NCBI GenBank assembly: GCA_000708835.1
Contig: DF237170.1
Span: forward strand, 72,615-136,614
Reading direction: 5' to 3'
DNA: 64,000 bases
Source of the DNA: Klebsormidium nitens
Taxonomy: Eukaryota; Plantae; Klebsormidiophyceae
Positions within the stretch are counted from its first letter, which is position 1, and every line of letters starts with the position of its first letter. The position numbers and the translations under genes were made by a program. Positions 35,085-44,900 of the stretch are shown piece by piece. The notes under the pieces are model-generated. The model did not search any database. It saw only the letters and a program-made list of their open reading frames with translations, and was not told the DNA's origin.

Positions 35085-38000
35085 CTAGTCCTCTGCATGA
35101 TCAATGACAGACTGCCACTTCTTTCTGTACGGATCGACGCTGTAGATGTTCTCCTTGACTGTGTTGGCCAGCAGCTCCAGGAGCTCCGACTTCTGTCTCG
35201 AAGACATTTGTTTCACGGGGTTGGGATCCTTGATTATCTGCCTACGAAGCTCGCACTCCCGTCTATGTTTCGAGCAGCAATTGCCTTTCTCTCCTGCAAG
35301 AACAGGTGACGGCTTTCACTTTCTGCACGTGTATGTCACAGGGGAGTAGAAAAGCCCGAGGTTCCTGCTTTTGACGGTGATGGCTGGACAAATAGATTGG
35401 CAATTCGAACAGTGGATCTGGATGGAAAACTTAGCTGACTGACTTTTGAAAGGAAATGGATCAAATCCTGATCGTTCCATTAGGGGGGATGGTCCTTAAG
35501 TACTCAACGAGTCCAAGTAGTTGATGCTTGTTCCAAGTCAGGAATTGCTGCGGCAAGCTCGCTTCAGAGGCTCTTACTTACGAAACTGTGCCTCGAGATG
35601 CTCAATCTGACCGAGAGGATACGAAGCCAGTATTGTGAATGCTTATTGCAGAATCATATCAGCATCGCCTGTGCATCTGTGCATGGTAAAAGAAAAGAGC
35701 GAACGTGCTCACCAGCCCAGCAGACGCGAACTTGTTTGCAGGAAGAGCATGACTGGAGCTCCTCATCGATCTTTCCGCACTGGATTGACGAAACAAATGA
35801 CGGTAAACGAACACAAGTGTCAGAAGGCGATTTTATATTGGCCTTTGCGCCTAACTTGGCCTTGCGCAGTAAGCTTTTCCAATGACATACGTCAATCAGG
35901 GTGACTTCGGGGCAAATTGTGTGGTAAGAAAGTCCCCATTCAACCAGGAAACCCAAAAGACAGATATTCGATCGGCTCGTATTCCTATGGAGGAAGTGTT
36001 TCAGGAGAAGAAACACCTCCCCCCGTTATGAAAAGCAGATTGTCACAATGGAGGTTGACAAGGAGAGTGAGAGCCTTAAGTTTCCGGATGTAAACAGATT
36101 GTTCGCGCTCGTACGTGTATACCCAGCAACTCGCGGAGGTTCGGTGTTGACTTTGCCTGAGACAACGACCTTATGGAGTCTGGAATGCAGACAGACAAAG
36201 CTCCTACATCTCAATTTGAGCGATATGAGCGATATGGCAATGTTGGACGCATTGACTTTTGAAGCTTTTGGTACTTGCGGGTATCACTAGGATGAAATGG
36301 CTTACAGTCCAGCATACGTTCCACGGCGCGAACGCTGCCTCGTCGAAGATGGGGATGTTTTGCGAACCGTCCAGAAAGCTGAGGACTTCCGCTTCCTCTA
36401 GCGTTGTCGGCATCGGCATCATGACCACCGGAACGGTTCCGCCGGAAGACGGATCCTCCTCCCAAATGCGGATAGCGACTTGGCCCCCAACGACAGCGTA
36501 GGGTTCCACCTCGACCAGCCCTCGTGCATTTTGCAGTGTTGTAACCTGCAGAATCACACAAGTTTTGAGGCTGATCAGCATAGGAAAAGTGCAAAGAGTT
36601 CTCTCAGCACTTCGGTGTATGTCCTTCAGTGTAATATTTTACTCGAACATCTGGTGACTGTGGTGAAATCACTCCGGAAACGTTTCTACGTAAGAATCAT
36701 GATAAGTTGGTGGGGAAGGAAGTTTCTGGTCAAGGATCCACTAATGGACCTTCGAGTTGGCTTTGACGACCTCGAAGCTTGGCTCGAAATTCGCTTTTGC
36801 AAGCAGTCAACGTCGCAGAACTTTTCAATGAAGCAGAAAGAAGGTGGATGCAAAGGTCATTTGAAGTTTGACGCCAAAGCGAATCAACAAAGCAGAAAGC
36901 TCAAATACTGAGGATCTACGAGGGTTAATTTTCTTTGCACACTTGGAAAACGTCCAATTAGGTTGGCTGCCTAATCCAACTTTCTTCTTCTCAGCAACAT
37001 CAAAGGATTCATGTCTTGTCGATCAAAACACCTATCTTCGTCTTGTCGACTGGAGACCTTATCTGCATTTAGGTCGAGAGCTTACCCGATAGGACCGTGG
37101 TGACTCTAGGGCGGAGTCTCCTTCTTCGACTTTCAGAATAGCGAAGAGTGTGCACAACCCCTGTATGCTCTGGCAGTTTGTAGCGATTATCAGATTCTGG
37201 TCGACTGGAACGAACAGGACGTTGATCGGCAGGCATCTGAGCGCTTCGCTGATCAACGAAAGGAATGAAGGGAAGATGAGTCTGCAGAGAGCTCGGTGAT
37301 CTGCAAACCTGGCTACCAAAACAAGGGGCTCATGCTCGGGGTTCACGAGGCAGCTTAAGTCATAACCGATATCCTCCAAGCTTCTCATCGACTCCTCTCT
37401 TTCGTTTGGACCAAACTGCTCGCAAACATAGTATGTGAAGCTTCGCCTCGTGACTTTGGACGTATTCACAAGCGCAAGGGCCAGAGCTGGTTCTTCTGGT
37501 ATCCGCCACGTGGACAGGACCGATTTGCGGAGCCAGAGATCCGTCACAGAAGCGTTCCTCGAGCTTGCAATCAAAGGAGCCATCATCAACTCGCGGCTGT
37601 GCTTGCTAAACTGCCACAGGACAAGAGCGGAAGGAGGCTTCTTGAGGTCCTCCTCGAAGTCTATGGAAAAGCACTGAGCATCTGAGTACCTCAGCCTTGA
37701 CATGCTCGATACGTCCAGAAGGAGAGCCAGAGGTGGAGGCCCTTCTTGAAGAGTTGCGGTCAAGTCGATGAAGTCGTTACTCAGCTGACGGAGCACTTTC
37801 AAAAGGTACAGGAAGCAGTGCGTCTCGGAGCGGCTGGCTTTTGCTGCCTCATGTAGGGAGGAGAGGTTGACCAACACTCGAATGGCTGGGGACCCTGGCA
37901 GACAGACGCCCATAGTGCTCCGCTCTTCCTTCACTCGTTTGAACCTGCACTTGAAGGCTTCGAGCACCAGCCGAAAGATTCTCACAAACGCTGCGTAAGA

Positions 38001-38156
38001 GATTACCTGCGTCGATCCTATGTTCACTGATTCACAACTAGCTTCCTTCCCCATCCCTCCTCCGCAATAGCTGCTTCCATTTTTGCTGCCTGGCATGCAT
38101 TCATCCATGCAGCCACCTCTACTCATGCACACGTTCTCGCCTGCTGCCACCTCCAT
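35085..38156 (-). CDS. Unknown protein with a C-terminal MYND-like zinc finger. Exons ~38156-37086, 36545-36306, 35779-35713, 35293-35085 (5' end and a possible extra exon uncertain)
   Basis: Splicing joins VCWT|CGKIDEELQSCSSCKQVRVCWAG|EKGNCCSKHRREC, creating C-x2-C-x9-C-x2-C-x5-C-x7-C-C-x2-H-x3-C. Donors (gtaagc, gtgagc) and acceptors are canonical and in phase. Confidence 0.65.
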
Positions 38157-38982
38157 CGACACACCGCGCACTCAACGTGATGGAAAAACAATGGCGGCGG
38201 CCTTTGCTTGCTTTCATCGACAATTTCTGTTCTTACACTTCTGATTTCGAATCTGCTCACGAATCTTAACATGCAGATATCGGCACTCAAGTACAGTAAA
38301 GCTCAAGCATCTGAGAGCAGACTATGACGACGCGGTCAGCTAGCATCTCTAGTAAGCTGTGTAAGATTTGATGAGCAAGAGGGGAGCAAAAGCTCCAAAA
38401 GTCGAACAATTGGAGTGAAACTTGATTTGACCGTCGAACTGATCAAGTGAACGCAACTGAGCGCAACTGAGCAGGCCTGCTATGATTTCGACAGTTCAGC
38501 TCACGGCGCGTGGCCGTGCAGCCTAAGACGGTGAGGCGCGCGGCCGCCTGAGTCGGCTGGGCGCCGCGGCCGTGCATAAGCGGCTTGGCGCGCGCGCACG
38601 CGCATTCGAGATTAGGGTTCTGCAATGTGCCCATTCGTTCATGAACCGAGCTTTGCAATAAACTTTAGTCTTTAGGCTGTTGCTAGAATGTGAGTGACCA
38701 GCAGACGTGCAAGCGGGCGCAGACCTGCTGAGCCAACTATGGAGCTCCCATTATGGTAGTCTTGCAGGCTGATAGATGCTCCTGCCAGCAGGTGGCAGGC
38801 CTGCTGTAAAGCTTGTTAGCTCTTCCCAGCAGCTAAAGTACGACATTTGCCACTTTAGTGATCGACAGCGCCTTCCTAACCCGCCCGCTGACTTTCGAGC
38901 TAGAATACATACTTAGGCCCTTGGGGCTCGATTGAAAGCTGCGGCGCGGGTTCCTACACTGAAGCCTGAGAGTCTTCCCAAC

Positions 38983-41900
38983 ATGTATTCAACCGCAGGC
39001 CCCAGCTCAGCTCTCAGCTCCTTGAGGTTTGCGGAGGAGCTAGAGGATGACGATTTGTACGACTTTTCGGACGTCCCAAACCAGGGGCCCGCTGCCCCAG
39101 TGTCCAGGCCCCCCCTGGTGCGAGAACCAAAAAGGCTTGGCAGCAGCAGCAGCCTGGCCAGCATTGCTGAGTCAGCGGAAGAGGCGCTTGCAGAGAGTGG
39201 TGACATCAGCGATGATGCGGCGTCTTCGAAGGGGTCCTCCCCGCTGGAAGGTTCACTTTCAGAGGCCTCGTTGAACTCTGGTGGTGAGGGGCATTCACAT
39301 CCAGAGCTACAGCAGCAGAGAATGGGTGTGAACAAGTTTGGGGGGGATCAGCAAGCAGACAATTTGGGGGGGGCCATGGAGGATCCTGTTGCAGATGGGG
39401 AGTTGGCATGCGAGGAAGAAGAGCTTGAAACTGACGACGAAGATGTGCTGGATATGCTGGGGTTGGAGGACGTGGCGGGAGGGAACTTCGCAGATGGTGA
39501 GCTCAATCTTTACGTCGTAAATGTGTAAAGCACCTTTTTAAGATTGTTACAAGAGGCCCAGAGCTATGCCAATTTGTAGCAGGCCCTTATCTTATCAGCT
39601 GCCCTTGTGATTACAAGCCCTTTGGTTCACTAATGGCGCTACTGACTTGATGTACTGCCAGAAAGGAATCCACCATCAAGAGTACTCGACATCACAATAC
39701 AGCAAGAAATATCAGTCTTTTTGAAAGCTTTTACTAAAGCACCTGAATCTACTTGGAAAATCATAAAATGCTGGCAGTCACCATGTTGCTCGCCTTTCCA
39801 TTCGCCGCTCCGCCTGTTCATTTGCAAGTTCTTCACTGTGGCAGTTTTTTCATCTACCTGGGACCTGAACCTTTTGTCTGCAAAGTGCAAAACTCAGCTC
39901 ACCGATAGCAATATCAACTCCTCAAATGCAGACAAGCCTGGGCTTGCAACACTCAAGGTCCTGCCACCACTAGGGAAGGGATTGCCTCCCTTGAACCCCC
40001 TCGCTAGGCCTCCTTTCCGTCCGACCCCCCTTTTTGCCGGAGCCCCATCACTGATGGCTCCAACAACGGTTCTGCAAGACCTTCAGCCCAGCCTCAGAAA
40101 GGGGTCTCTGGGTGCTGAAAGCTGGGAAGAAGATCTCATGTTGACAGCTGGCAAGTCAATGAAGACAGCTGTCGAAACATCAGCAATCGATAATAGCAAC
40201 AGTCTTTGGAGTCAGACAGCTGGAGAAGGCTCGTTGGGAACCCCAGTAAGGGAAGCAAATGCCCCAGCTGCCTCTGGTAGCAAACGGAGCGAGAGTCTGA
40301 GTGACTTGGAAGGGAACAGTTCCGTTGGGCGTTTGAGCTCTCTGGGGGAGGAGGTTGCCTCAGAAGATGACGAAGTGGAAGGCGGTCTGTCAGGCGAGGA
40401 GTCGCCGCAAGGGGTAAAGCTGAGTGTAGGGAAGAGTGAAGGCAGCAAAACGAAGCAGGAGTCGAAGGGGGTTAGTGGTGGAGAGGAGTCAGGGGATCCC
40501 GTTGGGGGTAGTTTTGAAGGTGAGGGACTCGAAGGCGAAGCAACCGAAGGTGGCAGCATGGAAGATGAGGAGTTAGAGGAGGGACTGGATGAGAGGGAGG
40601 ATCACAGCTTTGAGAACGGTGAATCTGGTCTGGCGGCCGAGTCTGACGGAGTTGAGGAGGGCGAACTAGTTGAGGGGGGAGCAATTGGGGAAGACAGGTC
40701 CGAGCTAGACGAAGGCGGGTCCGAAAACGGGTTTGGCGAAGAAGGGGCAGACGAAGACGGCGAGGGGTTGGAAGAAGAGTTGGACGAAGATGGTCCAATT
40801 CCGGATGGGATTGAAGCGTTGGAGCTTCAAGCGCAGGGCTCGTCAGATTCGGGGAAGCTGGGTGGGGTGAGTAAGGGGGCAAAGGTATGGCCGTCTGCTT
40901 TCCAGTTGCCAGTCCTGACACACGCTCCTGAGCGAAGCTTTCCGGAGGGTTGGCGGGCCGGAGTGGTGTCAAGAATGGGCGAGGAGCAGCCGGCTGTCGT
41001 GGAGAAGAAAGTGGAGGTCGACGGGCCGATTTTAGGCGGATCGGTTCTATCAGCACGGAAAATTGGGGAAGAGATGGACCAGAGCATCGGACGGCCACCA
41101 CTGATTGCGGGGACAGGTGGCGCGCTGGCGTTACTCGAGCGGAAGTTCGCGCAAGAGAAGCTGTTGGAGCTGCTGAGCGCGACACGGCAAGATGCGGACA
41201 AAGGCAGCGAAACGGCGGAGATATTCGAAGACGAGAACGAGAGTGGGCTCAACAATCCCTCGCCAGGGCTTGACTGGGGAGCTATTGGTCGTGATGCACC
41301 TGTTTCAGTTTCCACTACAATAAGCAGAATAGGAGCAACCCCCTTGGCGGCAGAGCCAAGCTTGGAAAAGGTCAACTTCCAGTCGGGTCGGGGCTTTGGA
41401 CCGTCCAAGAGCGTTTCGGACGATCCTTCAGAGGTCCCAGAGAAGTTAGAAGTTCTGGAAACTTTGATGGGCTCGCTGAAGGAGCCGGGGGGGGCCACTA
41501 ATGCCGGAGTGAGCGACGTGGGCAGCTCCGTTTCCGTTCCGCTCTCCGTTCCCGGATTGGGGAATCTCAGCAGCACACAAAACGGTCTTCAAGAACCGGC
41601 AGGTCAGGAGAGGAACCCCGATCCGCACAACCAGAATGGTGTCGCAACTTCGGTGGTCCCCATCGGAAAATACCTCACCCCGATTAGCCCTGGATTAATT
41701 CTACCTGTGCTCAATCCGCTGAGCGAACGGAACACTAGCGGAACGGAAGCCAGCGCGTCCAGGACAGCCACACGGGTTTCTGAGAGCGGCAAAACCAGGG
41801 CAGGGATTGATCGGTCAGGGAGCCCGCTTCTTCAGCCAGAGGGGTTGCTGGGCTTGGCTCCAAAGTCCCCTCAAGCCGAAACAGCGTCAGCAGAGCGTCA

Positions 41901-44900
41901 GGCGCTGATGCATTTCCAGCGGGTTGAGAGCAGGAACAATAAAGCGGACTGCAATACGGAGGCCGGTTCCCAACTGGAGGATTCCGTTGAGAAAGCGGTC
42001 GGAGAAGTGGGAGGAAGCGTTGGGTCGTCAGGAGCGGCGGGAATGTCTGGTGAGGATTCAGACGGGTCAGGAAACGGGGCGGATTCAGCTGGTTTAAGGG
42101 GCCGGAAGGATGACGAAGGCTTTGTAAAAAACAGCGATGGGTTGGAAAACGGCAAAAGGGAAGACAGCTCGCCAGGTGTTAGTCGAAGTAACAAGGAGAA
42201 AGACCTAGACGTGGGCTGCCCTGTTTCTTCTGGAGGGGACTTGCGGAGCGCCCAGGGTCCACGTGTCGCTCTGCGGAGCACAGAAACCGCAGAGACGCCG
42301 GGCGGTTCTAGCGAGACGCAGCGGATTGCGGACACGTGGAGCGGGGGGAAGCCGTGCGGATTACGGCGGGAAGAAACTGAGGCAGTGTCAACTAGAAGCG
42401 GCGGCGAAAGCGGAGAAAAGGGGCTGGCCGTTTCTGAAAAGGCAACAAGCAGCCACGCAATAGACATTTCGGAAGGGATCCCTCTCGCGGAGGGCCAAGC
42501 CGTGAATGAAAGAGCCGGCAGCGCATTTGTAATGGCGCCTCTGGAGGGGTTGAGATTCTCGTCGCCACCAGAGGCCCTGTCCGGCGAGCCGTTGGCTGGG
42601 GCGAAACACTCGAACTCCAGCTCTTCTGCCAGTCAAAAGGGCCTTTCTTCGACGGCTGCGGTTCCGCAAACTTTAGCCTCTCTCTTTCACAGGCATGTCA
42701 CCGCCTCGAATCTACAGCCCGAGAACTCTGCAAGCCCTTCTCCGTTGAAGAGTACTGCGTCCCAATCTGATCGAGGGGCGACCATGATGGCTTCAGATTA
42801 CGTCGGCGGTCGCCCTAGCTCGAGCAGGGCTGGGGGAATCTCCGTAAAAAGCAGCGAGTCACCAACGGAGGACGTTCAGCCGGTCCAAATAGCGACGGCG
42901 GAGAAAGCGGGCGCCTCTGAGGCAAAGGATGGAGTCTTTCCTAGTGCGCTTCAGCAGAAGGGGGGCCAGTCAAAGGTGGCTCCAACGGGGAAGAAAAGGG
43001 ATGAGGAACGTCGAGGTAGCTTATGGGGGAGCCGCATTAAAGACGAGTGCTCGGGGGAAAGTGACCGAGGAAACGTAAGCGGTTCGTCGAGGCGTCCAAG
43101 GAAAGAAGCTGGGCCCGGGGAATGTTCCACCGAGGGAAGCACGGAGAATCGAGACGTCAGCGAGTCGTCTAACGGCGGAAGCGTCAGCCCGCGGGAGGAC
43201 CTGAAGCGAACGGACCGGGCTGCTGACGTCGTCCCCCGCAGTGTCGCTGACGTCGGTAACCACAGAGCGCCAGCGCAGCTCCGGGCGAGCTGCAGAGCCG
43301 AGCCTCGTGAGGTGGGCCGGCGCCCGGAAAACGACGTCAGTAGAAGCGGCAGGGCTCGAGATGACGTCGGCAGGCATCGTCTGTGGGGGGAGGCGGACGA
43401 GAATGCTGACGTGGGCGATTCTGATTTCGGGGGAAGGCTTTTGAGTCGAGAGATCCGCGAGTTGAGGAAGATCCAGGAAGCGCGGAGAGCGGCGGAGAAG
43501 GAGCGGCTAGGAGCGGCGGTCAGTGCGCTGCAGGAGTGGAAGACCGCAAACGGCGGGGTAGGTTTCCTCTTCGCTGTTCCTTTTCACCGGTATGTATTCC
43601 CTTGCTTCAGGACTAGAAGAACGCAATCGGCGGGGTAAAGTTTCTCGTTGCTGTTCCGTTTTCGTTCCTTTTCCGTTCCTTTTTCCGGTGGATTTCCCTT
43701 GGTTCAGGAGTGGAAGACCACAAACGGTGGAGTATCTTTTCAGCTTCTTGTTCCTCTTTCTTTCATCTTCCGTTCCTTTTCCGTTTCCTTTCCCCTTCCT
43801 TCAGGGGGAAAGAATGCAAAAGGCAGTGAAAACTCCGCTTGCTCTCCTATCGCTCGTTCTGGCTATGCACTTCGGGACCCGAAGAGGCGGTCAGATTGAA
43901 CAGCGCAATCTTGGCATCAATCATTGCTGACCGAAAGATAGCTAGCACTTCGTCTAGCGTGCTCAAAAGTGGCTCGTGACCGGCTGTCGAAACAATCAGC
44001 GCGCGCGTGCGATCGTGCTTGCTCCTTCTTGCTGGATCCTCCCTTAGCATCATCACAACATTTTGGAAGTTGAAACGATCACTATATGCCAGCTTTCAGC
44101 CTTTTTGCCGCTTGTACTTTGCAAAAGTTGTTCGATTTGCTCTTATTTGTATCTAATTCGACAACAAGAGACAATCTAAAGAAAAAATTGCTTTCAGAGA
44201 AGCACAAAGGTTCTTCTTTCGAACAATGCCGTGGCTAAAACGAATCGTATTGGTACTACAGGCGGGCACCTCGAACGGCAATGAACGCCGCCGAAGCTCC
44301 CAGCGCAAGGCGGTCAAGCGTGGCCACGTCATCTCTGACGTCAGCTCCGAGTTCAGCTTCGAAAGCCCGATCCAAAGCGACGCCCCGATCCGGAGAATGC
44401 TCCATGCGCCGCCGTTAGCTGAGCCGCGGGGTTTGGAGGTTTCGAGGGCCGCGGAGAGGGCGGCCGCGGACGCGCTCGAGAGCGCCCACGTGGCGACGTC
44501 CCGCGCGGCCGAACTGGAGCAGGCGCTCGCGCGCAAGGAGCGCGAGGTCGCGCGGCTGGCGCGCGTCGCAGAAGGCTTTAGCAGGGGCGCCGGCGCGGCC
44601 GAGCGCGCGCTGCAGGCGGAGGTGGCGGAGATGGCGCGCGAGCGGGACGGGGCGCTGCAGGAGAGGAAGGCACTTCTGGAGCAGGTGCGTCTGACTGAGT
44701 CACCATTTGCTTATTATACCTCTGCCGTTGGAGAGAATTCACAGCATCGTTTTCTAGATCAGGCATACTTAGCTCAAGTTACAGTACTGGGATGGGTAGA
44801 GTTAGTATGGGGGTTAGGGTGGATACGGGTGCGGAGCGGGTGATATTTGGGTTTAGGTTTTCAGATTAGCTTCGTTTCTACTAGAACTTGAGCTTACCAT

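Noticed and set aside
28135-43377. Many long overlapping antisense or alternative-frame ORFs (e.g. 28713-29258, 40472-41185, 14391-14960)
   Set aside because: They are shadow ORFs of GC-rich, low-complexity coding exons on the other strand or frame.
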